A DNA stretch of 64,000 nucleotides from an uncultured Mycoplasmatota bacterium (GTDB taxonomy: Bacteria; Bacillota_I; Bacilli_A; RF39; UBA660). Below are positions 17,626-28,330 of this stretch, in pieces; within the stretch, counting starts at the first letter, position 1; each line of letters begins with the position of its first letter. Location: NCBI GenBank assembly GCA_947570175.1, contig CANOTJ010000001.1, positions 133,027 to 197,026 of the forward strand, in the 5' to 3' direction. The notes under the pieces are model-generated. The model did not search any database and was not told the DNA's origin. It worked only from the letters and a program-made list of their open reading frames with translations. Both the position numbers and the translations under genes were made by a program.

Positions 17626-20600
17626 ATGAAAAAAATAATAACGGTAGATGGAAATGAAGCTTGTAGTTATACTGCTTATATGTTTACGGAGGTTGCTGGT
17701 ATTTACCCTATTACCCCTTCCAGTCCTATGGCAGAACATATTGATGAGTGGAGTAATCAACACCGTTTAAATCTTTTCCAAGATGAGGTAAAAGTGGTGG
17801 AGATGCAAAGTGAACTTGGAGCAGCAGGAATGGTTCATGGTTCTTTGCAAGCCGGTCTTTTAACCACCACATTTACAGCTAGTCAAGGATTACTTTTAAT
17901 GTTGCCAAATATGTATAAAATAGCAGGAGAAATGTTACCTGGAGTCATCCATGTTGCAGCAAGAAGTCTTTCTACTCATGCTTTATCTATTTTAGGAGAT
18001 CATCAAGATATTTATGCAACTCGTATGACAGGTTTTGCCTTGCTTGCTTCTTCCTCTGTTCAAGATGCTGCTTATTTATCTGGAATTGCCCATTTATCCG
18101 CAGTTGATTCTAGCATACCCTTTTTACATTTTTTTGATGGTTTTCGTACTAGCCATGAAATTAATAAAATAGAAGTGTTGGAAAAAGAGGATTTTAAGAA
18201 GTTATTAAATGCGGAAGCTCTAAAAAGATTTAGAAATAGAGCTTTAAATCTACTAAATCCTTTTACTAGAGGAGTCAATCAAAATGATGATACCTACTTT
18301 CAAAATATGGAAGCTAGAAATTTAGAATATGATCAACTTCCAGATATTGTGAATTCCTATATGGAGAAACTAAACAAAATAGCTGGAACAGATTATAAAC
18401 CATTTAATTATTATGGTAAGAGTCATGCTAAAAAGGTAATTGTTGCTATGGGGTCTGTAACAGATACTATAAAAGAGTATATTGATGGTACTGATGAAGA
18501 AATTGGCTTGATTGAAGTGCATTTATATCGCCCTTTTAGTGCGAAATATTTAAACAATGTATTACCTAATACAGTGGAAAAAATAGCAGTGTTAGATCGC
18601 ACAAAGGAAGCAGGAAGCAGAGAACCCCTATATTTAGATGTAGTCAATGCTTTAAAGGATCGTTCTACTCAGGTTGTTGGTGGACGTTATGGGCTTGCTA
18701 GTAAGAATACAACTCCAGCTCAAATTAAGGCTGTATATGATATGTTGGATCACCCAAAAGAAAATTTTACAATTGGAATCGAAGATGATATTACTCATTT
18801 AAGTTTAGAAATTCCAAACTTTCAAATGGCTGATACCGATGAGATGTTAATTTATGGCTATGGCAGTGATGGAATGGTTAGTGCTTCTAAATCGCTCATT
18901 CAATTAATTGGAAACTCTACTAATAAATATGTGCAAGGGTATTTTGAATACGACTCTAAAAAATCGGGTGGAGTAACAGTCAGTCATCTTCGTTTTTCTA
19001 ATAAAAAAATAAGAAAACCTTATTATGTAGAAAATCCTAAAATTGTAGTAGTTTCTAAAGAAAGTTATTTAAAAGAGTTTGAATTATTTTCTAATATGAA
19101 GGAAAATGGAATTTGTATTATTAATACTATTTTTAATCAACAAGAATTAAATGAGGTAATCAATGAAAAAAATAAGAAGGATTTAAGAGAAAAAAATATT
19201 CGAATTTATACAGCGAATGCATATCTTTTAGCCAGACAAACAGGTTTAGATAATAAAATTAGTATGATTATGGAAACCATTATTTTAAATTTAACAGATT
19301 TTATGGATTTTGAAAAGGCAAAGGAAAAATTAAATGAATACGTAACCAAAAAATTTGAAAAAAAAGGAATTAGTGTTGTCAAAAATAATCAGGAAGCTAT
19401 CCGCCGATCAATAGAGATTATCCAAGAAATAGAAATAAATAATAGTGATTTAAATTTTAATCCAGAAGATGAAACCTTTTATGAAATGTTACAAAAAAGA
19501 AAGGGAAATCAACTTCCAGTATCCTCTTTCTTAGAGCATAAAGATGGAACATTTTATCCAGAAAAAATTTCAAAACATGCTATTAGTGATACCGTCCCAA
19601 AATGGATTTCTAGTCATTGTATCCGTTGTAATCGGTGTTCCTTTGTTTGTCCGCATAGCGTGATTAGAACATTTTTAATCAATGAAGAAGAATATTTACA
19701 ACTTCCAAAAAAGATAAAGGAAAGATGTATTAGGCCACTTGATAAAAACTTAATGGAATATTATTTTATTGTTAGTATATCCATTCAAAATTGTACAGGG
19801 TGTGGGTTATGTTTTAATACTTGTCCAGGCTTTAAGCAACAAAAAGCTTTAATTATAGAGGATATTCACAAACAAAAAGAGGAACAGGATATTTTTAATT
19901 ATTTAGAACAGCATATTTCTGATAAAGATATTTCGATTCCAAATGAGGTAATAAAGAGCCAATTTAGAAAACCGAAAATAGAATTTCCAGGAGCCTGCCT
20001 CGGGTGTGGGCAACCAGCTTATATTAAGGTGTTAACGCAAATTTGTGGAGAAAATATGATCATTGCGAATGCCACTGGTTGTTCATCTATTTATGGGGGA
20101 AGTATTCCAGATTTGCCATATCATCTTCCTTGGGCATCATCCCTTTTTGAAGATAATGCAGAATATGGTTATGGGATTGTTTTAGCCAATCAAACAATGA
20201 AAAATCGTATTCGTAAAATTATGATGGAAAATATGGATAATTCAAATAATCAATTATTTCAAGAATGGTTAAAAAATCCAGATGATTTTAAAACTGCTCA
20301 ATTTGTTTATGAAAATTTAGATGACCATACACTTCCTAAAGAGCTTCTTGAGATTAAAAATTATATTCTTCCAAAAAATATTTGGATGGTTGGAGGAGAT
20401 GGCTGGGCCTATGATATTGGCTTTAGTGGAATTGATCATGTATTAGCTAGTAATGATAATGTTAATATATTAGTTTTAAACACAGAAGTTTATTCCAATA
20501 CTGGGGGACAGTCTTCAAAAGCTAGCCAAAAAGGATCTTTAGCTTCCTTTACAACTAGTGGAAAAAGGTCTAATGCCAAAGATTTGGCTCGAATTTGTCT

Positions 20601-21009
20601 ATCTTATCCACACGTTTATGTTGCTCAAGTAAATTTAGCCTCTAATATGAATCAACTTGTAAGAGTATTCAAAGAGGCAAATGAATATCAGGGACCTTCT
20701 ATTATTATTGCTTATACACCTTGTATTTCTCATGGAATAAAAGGTGGAATGAACCATAGTTTAGAAATGGAAATACTGGCCTCTAAATGCGGATATTTTC
20801 CAATCTTTCATTATCATCCATTAGAAAATAAATTCTATTTGGATAGTAAAAATCCTGATTTTGATTTATATGAAGAATTTTTAATGAATCAAACTAGATA
20901 TCGAATGTTGAAAAAAGTAAACCCAACTCAGGCCAATTTATTACTAGAAGAAAATAAAACATTTGCTAAAGAACGATTTGAATATTATAAAATGTTGAGT
21001 GAAAGATAA
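17626..21009 (+). CDS. nifJ: pyruvate:ferredoxin (flavodoxin) oxidoreductase
   Basis: 1127-aa single-chain PFOR. The N-terminus is DGNEACSYTAYMFTEVAGIYPITPSSPMAE. Two ferredoxin-type clusters are present (CIRCNRCSFVCPH, CTGCGLCFNTCP), along with the TPP-binding block GGDGWAYDIGFSG. Confidence 0.95.
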   Translation: MKKIITVDGNEACSYTAYMFTEVAGIYPITPSSPMAEHIDEWSNQHRLNLFQDEVKVVEMQSELGAAGMVHGSLQAGLLTTTFTASQGLLLMLPNMYKIAGEMLPGVIHVAARSLSTHALSILGDHQDIYATRMTGFALLASSSVQDAAYLSGIAHLSAVDSSIPFLHFFDGFRTSHEINKIEVLEKEDFKKLLNAEALKRFRNRALNLLNPFTRGVNQNDDTYFQNMEARNLEYDQLPDIVNSYMEKLNKIAGTDYKPFNYYGKSHAKKVIVAMGSVTDTIKEYIDGTDEEIGLIEVHLYRPFSAKYLNNVLPNTVEKIAVLDRTKEAGSREPLYLDVVNALKDRSTQVVGGRYGLASKNTTPAQIKAVYDMLDHPKENFTIGIEDDITHLSLEIPNFQMADTDEMLIYGYGSDGMVSASKSLIQLIGNSTNKYVQGYFEYDSKKSGGVTVSHLRFSNKKIRKPYYVENPKIVVVSKESYLKEFELFSNMKENGICIINTIFNQQELNEVINEKNKKDLREKNIRIYTANAYLLARQTGLDNKISMIMETIILNLTDFMDFEKAKEKLNEYVTKKFEKKGISVVKNNQEAIRRSIEIIQEIEINNSDLNFNPEDETFYEMLQKRKGNQLPVSSFLEHKDGTFYPEKISKHAISDTVPKWISSHCIRCNRCSFVCPHSVIRTFLINEEEYLQLPKKIKERCIRPLDKNLMEYYFIVSISIQNCTGCGLCFNTCPGFKQQKALIIEDIHKQKEEQDIFNYLEQHISDKDISIPNEVIKSQFRKPKIEFPGACLGCGQPAYIKVLTQICGENMIIANATGCSSIYGGSIPDLPYHLPWASSLFEDNAEYGYGIVLANQTMKNRIRKIMMENMDNSNNQLFQEWLKNPDDFKTAQFVYENLDDHTLPKELLEIKNYILPKNIWMVGGDGWAYDIGFSGIDHVLASNDNVNILVLNTEVYSNTGGQSSKASQKGSLASFTTSGKRSNAKDLARICLSYPHVYVAQVNLASNMNQLVRVFKEANEYQGPSIIIAYTPCISHGIKGGMNHSLEMEILASKCGYFPIFHYHPLENKFYLDSKNPDFDLYEEFLMNQTRYRMLKKVNPTQANLLLEENKTFAKERFEYYKMLSER

Positions 21010-21055
21010 ATCCTATTTGATAAAGTAGTCAAATTGTGTAAAGTTCATTAAAATA

Positions 21056-21086
21056 GCAAAAAAACATGTATTCATGTTTTTTTTTC
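21056..21086 (+). terminator. rho-independent terminator after nifJ
   Basis: AACATG / CATGTT stem with loop TATT, followed by a T-run of about 9. Confidence 0.65.
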
Positions 21087-21103
21087 TATGCTATACTTTT
21101 ATC

Positions 21104-21288
21104 ACAGGTTAGTATGGTTCGTAATGGAGAACAGACATAAAAGAATAAAAAAAGAAACTGTCCCCCTGAGAACAGTTTCATAAAAGAATAAAAAGGGGTT
21201 GGCTAGTGTGATACTAGCACCAATCCGGATTACCGAACTGGTGCTTTATATACTAACCTGAAAAGTTTGAAAAGTCAAGCTTTTTTTT
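21104..21288 (+). ncRNA. ~185-nt structured RNA with its own promoter and terminator; 6S RNA (ssrS) is the leading hypothesis
   Basis: Extended -10 TGcTATACT (21089-21097). An 11-bp perfect closing stem pairs CAGGTTAGTAT (21105-21115) with ATACTAACCTG (21250-21260). Internal hairpins include GAAACTGT/ACAGTTTC and GCTAGT/ACTAGC. The terminator AGTTTGA/TCAAGCT is followed by T8 (21264-21288). The segment GUCCCCCUGAG...UUUCAUA..AAGAAU resembles the central region of E. coli 6S RNA as I remember it. Confidence 0.4.
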
Positions 21289-21407
21289 ATTAATTTGTAA
21301 AAAAATGTAATTTCCTATCAGATTTTGAAATTTTAAAACTTCTTATAAAACAATTGACGAACAATCGTTTGTTGTGTATGATAAAATTAGTAATAGTTGG
21401 TGGTAAT

Positions 21408-23402
21408 ATGAAATTAGATAGTATAAAGGGGCTTGGATCTAAGACAATCGAAAAACTAAATAGACTTGGAATTTATGATATGAATAGTCTACTTACTTAT
21501 TATCCATTTCGTTATGATATTATCGAGAGAAGTGATTTCTCTAAGGTAGAAGATCAAGGAAAAATCATAATAGATGGCATTATAGAAAAAGAACCAAATA
21601 TTTTTTATTTCAATAAAAAAATGGAGCGGATGACATTTCGTATTCATACAGGAGAAAGAATATTTCAAATTATTATTTTCAACCGAGGTTTTCTAAAAAA
21701 TAAATTATCTATTGGAACGAAGATTACCGTTAGTGGAAAATTGGATAAGAAAAGACAAATTATTATAGTCTCTAATCTTTACTTTGGACTTATGACCGAA
21801 AAAAGAATAGAACCTATTTATCATAAAGTATCGGGATTAAGTAATAAGCAGATTCGAAAATATATTTCGCAAGCTATTTCTTTGGGATACCATTTAGAAG
21901 ATTATATTCCAAATGAGTTTCTTGATAAATACCATTTATTAGATAAAGAAACTGCCACTTTGTGTCTTCATAATCCTATGAATGAAGAGAGATTAAAACG
22001 AAGTATTCAAAGAACAAAATATGAAGAGTTATTTATTTATATGTTAAAGATGAACTATTTGAAAAATAATAAAAAAAATCACCCAGGATTAGAAAGAAAG
22101 ATTGATTTTAATCTAATAAATCATTTTATAGAAACCCTTCCATTTGAGTTAACAAAAGATCAACGAAATAGTATTAAAGAGATTTACCATGATCTTACTA
22201 GTTCGATTAAGATGAACCGTTTATTACAAGGTGATGTAGGAAGTGGAAAAACAATTGTTGCCTTTATCAGTATGTATATGAATTACCTTTCAGGATATCA
22301 AAGCGCTTTAATGGCACCAACAGAAATTTTGGCAATACAACATTATCAAAATATTCAAGTTCTATTCAAAGATTATCCTATTCAAATCACTTTATTAACA
22401 GGAAAATTAAAAGCAAAGGAGAAACGAGAAATCTATGAAAAAATAAAATCAGGAGAAGTTGATTTTATTATTGGGACACATGCTTTATTTACAGATGATT
22501 TAGTTTATAAAAATTTGGGCCTTGTAATTACGGATGAGCAACATAGATTTGGAGTAAATCAACGAAGTAATTTAAAAAATAAAGGGTTTACTCCAGATAT
22601 TTTGTATATGAGTGCGACGCCTATTCCTAGAACCTACGCCCTTACTTTATATGGAGATATGGATGTTTCTAATATTAAAACTCTTCCTAGTGGAAAAAAG
22701 GATATTATTACCACTTTAAAAACAGAAAAAGAAATGAAAGATGTTTTAACTAGTATGTATGAAGAACTAAAAAAGAATCATCAAATTTATGTGATTGCGC
22801 CCTTGATTGAAGAAAGTGATAAAATTGATTTACAAAATATTTATGATTTAGAGGAAAAATTTAATAAAGCATTTGGTAAACTATATCAAATTGGTATTTT
22901 ACATGGGAAAATGAAATCGAAAGAAAAAGATGAAGTAATGCAGAAATTTCAAAATAATGAAATTCAGATTTTAATTAGTACTACTGTTATTGAGGTTGGA
23001 GTGGATGTAAAAAATGCCACTATGATAGTGATATTTGACGCTGAACGTTTTGGATTATCTGCTCTCCATCAATTACGTGGAAGAGTTGGACGAAATGAAT
23101 TACAATCTTATTGTATTTTAATTAGTAATTATGAGAAGGAACGTCTGCGTATTCTTACACAAACTTGTGATGGTTTTAAGATTAGTGAAGAAGACTTTCT
23201 ACTACGTGGAAGTGGAGATATTTTTGGACTTCGACAAAGTGGAGATATGGTTTTTAAAATGGCTGATTTAAAACAAGATTTTCATATTCTAGTAAAAGCC
23301 AAGGAAGATAGTTTTGAATTTCTGAAAAAGCTTCCTTCTTTGCCAAAAGAAGAACAAGTAAAATATAAAAATTTAATGGATCGGGCGTCTAGTTTAGACT
23401 AG
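21408..23402 (+). CDS. recG: ATP-dependent DNA helicase RecG
   Basis: Wedge/OB N-terminal domain, then helicase motifs GDVGSGKT, DEQHRFG and QLRGRVGR. The start was set at ATG 21408 (MKLDSIKGLG), which follows GGTGGT. Confidence 0.9.
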   Translation: MKLDSIKGLGSKTIEKLNRLGIYDMNSLLTYYPFRYDIIERSDFSKVEDQGKIIIDGIIEKEPNIFYFNKKMERMTFRIHTGERIFQIIIFNRGFLKNKLSIGTKITVSGKLDKKRQIIIVSNLYFGLMTEKRIEPIYHKVSGLSNKQIRKYISQAISLGYHLEDYIPNEFLDKYHLLDKETATLCLHNPMNEERLKRSIQRTKYEELFIYMLKMNYLKNNKKNHPGLERKIDFNLINHFIETLPFELTKDQRNSIKEIYHDLTSSIKMNRLLQGDVGSGKTIVAFISMYMNYLSGYQSALMAPTEILAIQHYQNIQVLFKDYPIQITLLTGKLKAKEKREIYEKIKSGEVDFIIGTHALFTDDLVYKNLGLVITDEQHRFGVNQRSNLKNKGFTPDILYMSATPIPRTYALTLYGDMDVSNIKTLPSGKKDIITTLKTEKEMKDVLTSMYEELKKNHQIYVIAPLIEESDKIDLQNIYDLEEKFNKAFGKLYQIGILHGKMKSKEKDEVMQKFQNNEIQILISTTVIEVGVDVKNATMIVIFDAERFGLSALHQLRGRVGRNELQSYCILISNYEKERLRILTQTCDGFKISEEDFLLRGSGDIFGLRQSGDMVFKMADLKQDFHILVKAKEDSFEFLKKLPSLPKEEQVKYKNLMDRASSLD

Positions 23403-23431
23403 CAATTTTAAAACTATAATACAATGTAAGA

Positions 23432-26400
23432 ATGGGTGATGATATGGGGAAAATCGTTAGAATTGAAGATATTACCGAAATTGTAGGCTTAAAAAATTAT
23501 ATAGATGCTCTATCTTTAAATCAAGAAGATGTGTGTTATAAGAAGGCAAAAAGGCAAAATAATGAGGTTATCTTTCAATTTCAATATAAGAATTATCATA
23601 TTGAAATTTCAATAGATAGGAAAGAACAAATTAAACGATTAATATGTGATTGTGAACATCAAGATTCTTACTGTAAACATATGGCAGTCTGTCTAATTTT
23701 TCTGTTTTCTAATTCTATCATTTCAAAGGAACTAGAAAAGATAAGTTATGAGTATGATGCAGAATTTAATACATTATTGTTTCAAAAATTGTCTTATCAA
23801 AACCCAAATAGAATTCCCCTTAAATTAGAGGTGATTTTAAAACTATTAGATTATAGTGAAAATGAATATGAACTTCAAGTAAAAATCGGTGAGAATAAAA
23901 CATATGTCTTAAAACGTTATATAAAGGAGTTTTATGAAGTCTATAATTCCCAAAAGGGAGATCTAGAATTTGGAAAGAACTTTATCTATAATCCTAAAAT
24001 TCATTATTTTAATGAAGTTGATAATAGGATTATTGAATTTTTAAATATTTATTTGGATAGCCAAATTCCCCGAACTGGATATTATAGCTATTATCAAAAT
24101 ATTTCTATGATTCGTTTAACCAATAAAAGCTTAAAGAGTTTTTTGAAATTATTAGATCAAAAAGATTTTTATGTAGATTATCAAAATCATCTTTATCTAT
24201 TTCATGGAATTAAAAATATGAAGTTAAATGTTCGAATTTTTAAACAAGATGAACAAGTCCAAGTTCAAATACAAAAAGATGATTTTATCCCGCTACTAAA
24301 TGATTATAGTTATGTTGTAGATAATCAAAATATGTATTATTTAAATAAAGGTGACAGAGACTTTTTAAAAATTTTAAATGAAAATAAAAAGAAACAACTA
24401 ATCTTTCAAAAAAAAGAAATCGGTATGTTTTCTAATTATATCTATCCAATTTTAAAGAAATTAGATCAAGAAATGGAGATAGAAGAAGATTTAAGGAAGG
24501 AATTTACTATAGAACCTGCTATCTTAAAATTTTATTTTGATTACGACCATGATCAATTAATTTGTACTATTAAACTTCATACGAATCATCAGAATATCAA
24601 TATTTTAGAGAATAAAAGTATGATAGATGGTGTATGGATTAAAAGAGATTTTAAAGAAGAAGGACATTATAAGAAAGTAATTACGGATTGTGGATTTATG
24701 TTAGATAATAGAAAAAAGGTATATTATTTAATGGGGGATGCTATTCCTGAATTTTTAGAAAATCATTTACAAGAGATTAGTAATCAGTATGAAACTTATA
24801 TTTCTTCTAAAGTTAAAAATGCGAATGTGATTAAAAAAACAGATATGGTAAATACCTTTAAAATTGGGAAAGATCAAATCTTGAGTTATGAATTTTATAG
24901 TAAAGATATTCCAAAAGAGGAAATTTTAGATTTATTAAATAGTTATGTTCAAAAGAAAAAATATCATCGATTAAAAAGCGGTGATTATATTACATTAGAA
25001 AATGGACAACTAGAAAATATGAATCAACTTTTCATTCATTTAAATATTCAAAGGCAAGATTTATTAAAAGAACAGATCCCACTTCCTGTTTATCAAAGTA
25101 TTTATATTAATCAATTTCTTCATGATGAAAGAAATTCTTCGATTCAAGTAAATCAAGAGTTTCATAATTTTATAGACCAGTTTCAGCAGTATAAAAATAT
25201 AGAGCCTAATATTCCTGAGGAGGATTTGCATATTCTTAGGGATTATCAAGTTACTGGGGTAAAATGGATGAATATTATTTCTAAATGTGGATTTGGTGGT
25301 ATTCTAGCTGATGAAATGGGACTCGGAAAATCAATTCAAACAATTGAATTTATAAAGAGTAATCCTAGTAGTAAAACGTTAATTGTAGTTCCTACTTCGC
25401 TCATTTATAATTGGGAAAATGAGTTTCAAAAGTTTGGACAGGGCCTATCCTATTTTATTATGAATGGAAATCCCGTAGAACGTAAGAAGGCTTTTCAAAA
25501 TATTTTCAAATATGATGTTGTAATTACAACCTATGGTCTTCTTAGAAACGATATTGAAAGTTATTTACAGTATTCGTTTGATTATTGTATGATCGATGAA
25601 GCTCAAAATATAAAAAATATATCATCTGATACAACAGGAGTTGTTAAGAGGATAAAAGCTAGGACAAAATTTGCCTTAACAGGAACACCAATTGAGAATT
25701 CTATTTTAGAACTTTGGAGTATTTTTGATTTTATTATGCCAGGTTATTTACCTTCTTTATCTATTTTTAAACAGATGTATAACATTAAAAATATGGAAGA
25801 AGACGCAGAACTTTTGACTCATCTCAATAAAATGATTACCCCATTTATTCTTCGAAGAAGAAAAATAGAAGTTTTAAAAGATTTACCAGAGAAAATAGAG
25901 AATAATATCGTTGTAGAGTTAAATGAAGAACAAAAAAAATTATATCTAGGACAACTAGAAAAAACAAAGGAAGAAATTGATTTTATTATTCGAAATGGCG
26001 ATGTAAAAAAATCTAGTATTTTAATTTTATCATTACTAACAAAATTAAGACAATTATGCATTGACCCTAGATTATTATTTGAAGGAGATTTTGAAAGTAG
26101 TAAGCTTACTACGGTATTAGAAATTTTAAAACAGGTAAAAAAACATCATAAAGTATTATTATTTTCTGCGTTTCCTTCTGCTTTAAAATTACTGATACCA
26201 GATCTTGAAAAGAATAATATTCATTATTATTATTTAGATGGTGGGACTAAAAGTAAACAGAGAATGGAAATGGTAGAAAAGTTTAATCGAGATGATACCA
26301 ACGTTTTTCTTATTTCTTTAAAGGCGGGAGGAACTGGATTAAACTTAACCAGTGCGGATATTGTGATTCATTTGGATCCTTGGTGGAATCCACAGGTGGA

Positions 26401-26614
26401 AAATCAAGCTACTGATCGAACACATAGAATCGGTCAAAAAAAGGTAGTAGAAGTAATTAAATTAATTGCCAAAGGAACGATTGAAGAAAAAATTATTGAT
26501 CTTCAAAAGAGAAAACAAAATTTAAGTAATCAAATTATTGAAGGGGACAATCGTTCTATTATTAATTTATCTAAAATGGAAGTAGATGAATTAAAAGAGT
26601 TAATAGGAATTTAG
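23432..26614 (+). CDS. SNF2-family helicase with an N-terminal SWIM zinc finger (YwqA-like)
   Basis: SWIM motif CDCEHQDSYCKHMAVC. SNF2 motifs DEMGLGKS and DEAQNIKN, and a C-terminal helicase block DPWWNPQVENQATDRTHRIGQ. Confidence 0.85.
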   Translation: MGDDMGKIVRIEDITEIVGLKNYIDALSLNQEDVCYKKAKRQNNEVIFQFQYKNYHIEISIDRKEQIKRLICDCEHQDSYCKHMAVCLIFLFSNSIISKELEKISYEYDAEFNTLLFQKLSYQNPNRIPLKLEVILKLLDYSENEYELQVKIGENKTYVLKRYIKEFYEVYNSQKGDLEFGKNFIYNPKIHYFNEVDNRIIEFLNIYLDSQIPRTGYYSYYQNISMIRLTNKSLKSFLKLLDQKDFYVDYQNHLYLFHGIKNMKLNVRIFKQDEQVQVQIQKDDFIPLLNDYSYVVDNQNMYYLNKGDRDFLKILNENKKKQLIFQKKEIGMFSNYIYPILKKLDQEMEIEEDLRKEFTIEPAILKFYFDYDHDQLICTIKLHTNHQNINILENKSMIDGVWIKRDFKEEGHYKKVITDCGFMLDNRKKVYYLMGDAIPEFLENHLQEISNQYETYISSKVKNANVIKKTDMVNTFKIGKDQILSYEFYSKDIPKEEILDLLNSYVQKKKYHRLKSGDYITLENGQLENMNQLFIHLNIQRQDLLKEQIPLPVYQSIYINQFLHDERNSSIQVNQEFHNFIDQFQQYKNIEPNIPEEDLHILRDYQVTGVKWMNIISKCGFGGILADEMGLGKSIQTIEFIKSNPSSKTLIVVPTSLIYNWENEFQKFGQGLSYFIMNGNPVERKKAFQNIFKYDVVITTYGLLRNDIESYLQYSFDYCMIDEAQNIKNISSDTTGVVKRIKARTKFALTGTPIENSILELWSIFDFIMPGYLPSLSIFKQMYNIKNMEEDAELLTHLNKMITPFILRRRKIEVLKDLPEKIENNIVVELNEEQKKLYLGQLEKTKEEIDFIIRNGDVKKSSILILSLLTKLRQLCIDPRLLFEGDFESSKLTTVLEILKQVKKHHKVLLFSAFPSALKLLIPDLEKNNIHYYYLDGGTKSKQRMEMVEKFNRDDTNVFLISLKAGGTGLNLTSADIVIHLDPWWNPQVENQATDRTHRIGQKKVVEVIKLIAKGTIEEKIIDLQKRKQNLSNQIIEGDNRSIINLSKMEVDELKELIGI

Positions 26615-26630
26615 TATATATTTACAAAAT

Positions 26631-26652
26631 AAAAACAGATTTAGTCTGTTTT
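26631..26652. terminator. bidirectional terminator between convergent genes
   Basis: AAAACAGA / TCTGTTTT stem with loop TTTAG. The stop codon of the minus-strand gene lies in the loop. Confidence 0.6.
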
Positions 26653-27915
26653 CATTTTATCTCTTAATAATTGAATTTCTTTCATTTCACTAATGGTAAT
26701 TAATTCAAATCCTTGATTTTGTAGAATTGGAATAATTTTATCTAAAGCTTTTACTGTCCTTTGATGAATATCATGCATTAAAATAATATTACCATCTTTT
26801 GGGTTCTTTGTAGCTCTACTCACAATACGATCTATGCTTTTATATTTCCAATCTAAAGTATCTACATTCCAAAGAATAATCTCAAATTGATCTAAATTTC
26901 TAATTTTTTGATTAACTGATCCATAAGTTGGTCTTAATAGTTTTGGCGTATATCCTGTTGTTTCTTGAATGATATCTTGTGTTTTATCAATTTGCTCCTT
27001 TAAACTTTCTTCATCTAACTTAATTAACCATTTATGACTATAGGAATGATTGCCAAGTTCATTTCCATTTTTTAAACTTTCACGAATCGTCTCTTGATAT
27101 ATTTCTACCTTATTTCCTAATACGAAGAAGGTTGCGTTACAATTATATTTTTTTAAAATATTAATAACCTCTTTCGTATAGATACTAGGGCCATCATCAA
27201 AGGTTAATGCAATAAATTTTTTGTTAGGATCTAATATTTTATTTGGAATTTTAACTTTTGTATTTGCTGTTTTAATAATCTGTTGTTCAGTGTCTATTTT
27301 GGGGTTTAGATTTTCTAATGGTATTTGAATTTTAATTATATTTTTTATATTTTGAAATTGATCAAAATATAAATATAAATAATCTTGATCAAAAGTAAAA
27401 TTAGAATAAGCGGAGTGATTATTTTTGATATATTTTTGAATATTTTTGTTAGAGATATTATATTTTTGTTGTAATATATGTTTGACATATTTTGTAATGT
27501 AAGAAAGATCCTCTTTTGGAATGACATCTTTTAAAGAAATTAGTCGTTTCTTTTTCTTATGATATACATATGTTTTAATATAGTTTTGGGGTTGATAAAA
27601 CTTTGAACTATTTAAATAAGTATGAATAGTTACTATATCATATTCTTTTACTTTATCGAATGAATAATCGATGTTCAGTTCTGATTTTTGATTTAACGAA
27701 TTAAAATTCATATATTTTTCTTTAAAGCTATTATACTGTGTATGTACTTCTTTTTGAATGATTTTATTTAACTTTTTACTTTTGGTAACTGGATAATTAA
27801 TTCCTATTAATATATTTTGCTCTTCTTCAATAATTGTTCTTACACTTTGATTTTCTTTTTTTTGGCATCCAATACTCAGTAAGATAGTAAAGAAAATAAT
27901 GCCTAATTTCTTCAT
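26641..27915 (-). CDS. lipoprotein with a C-terminal NodB-type polysaccharide deacetylase domain
   Basis: Lipobox LLSIGC, NodB motifs ALTFDDGPS and HSYSH, and a ~200-aa N-terminal accessory domain. Confidence 0.8.
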   Translation of the reverse strand: MKKLGIIFFTILLSIGCQKKENQSVRTIIEEEQNILIGINYPVTKSKKLNKIIQKEVHTQYNSFKEKYMNFNSLNQKSELNIDYSFDKVKEYDIVTIHTYLNSSKFYQPQNYIKTYVYHKKKKRLISLKDVIPKEDLSYITKYVKHILQQKYNISNKNIQKYIKNNHSAYSNFTFDQDYLYLYFDQFQNIKNIIKIQIPLENLNPKIDTEQQIIKTANTKVKIPNKILDPNKKFIALTFDDGPSIYTKEVINILKKYNCNATFFVLGNKVEIYQETIRESLKNGNELGNHSYSHKWLIKLDEESLKEQIDKTQDIIQETTGYTPKLLRPTYGSVNQKIRNLDQFEIILWNVDTLDWKYKSIDRIVSRATKNPKDGNIILMHDIHQRTVKALDKIIPILQNQGFELITISEMKEIQLLRDKMKTD

Positions 27916-28009
27916 TGTATCACCAATTCATTATATTCTAAATAAGAAAATATAGTATTTTTTAATGTTCAAATAAAAGGTTTGTTCATATAACATAGTA
28001 GGTGGTATT

Positions 28010-28330
28010 ATGCTAGAATTTATTTTAAAATATTGGACACAATTCCTTTTTGGAGTAATGGCAAGTTCTATCTTTTTTCTATATAGAAAAATTATTCGTC
28101 ATTATCGAGTCATGAATTATACAAAAAATGGAGTAAAAGTATTATTAAAAGGAGAAATTGTTAGACGATACCAAGAATATAAAAAATTAGGTTGTATCTC
28201 TATTTTTGATCGGGAGATTATCAATGATTTGTACCAGGAATATAAAAATTTAGGTGGAAATGGGATGATTGAAGATATGATTGAGGATATATCAGATATT
28301 TCGCTTGATACAGAATGTGGGGGTGGTTAG
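28010..28330 (+). CDS. small N-terminally membrane-anchored protein, first gene of a lysis-type cassette
   Basis: 106 aa with one N-terminal TM (WTQFLFGVMASSIFFLY) and SD AGGTGG. Its stop directly abuts the next ATG. Confidence 0.4.
   Translation: MLEFILKYWTQFLFGVMASSIFFLYRKIIRHYRVMNYTKNGVKVLLKGEIVRRYQEYKKLGCISIFDREIINDLYQEYKNLGGNGMIEDMIEDISDISLDTECGGG

Noticed and set aside
21408-26614. RecG plus SWIM/SNF2 helicase pair considered as a DISARM-like or other helicase-based defence locus
   Set aside because: No methyltransferase, DUF1998, PLD or nuclease genes accompany them. recG is housekeeping, and the SWIM-SNF2 protein matches the widely conserved YwqA-type chromosomal gene.
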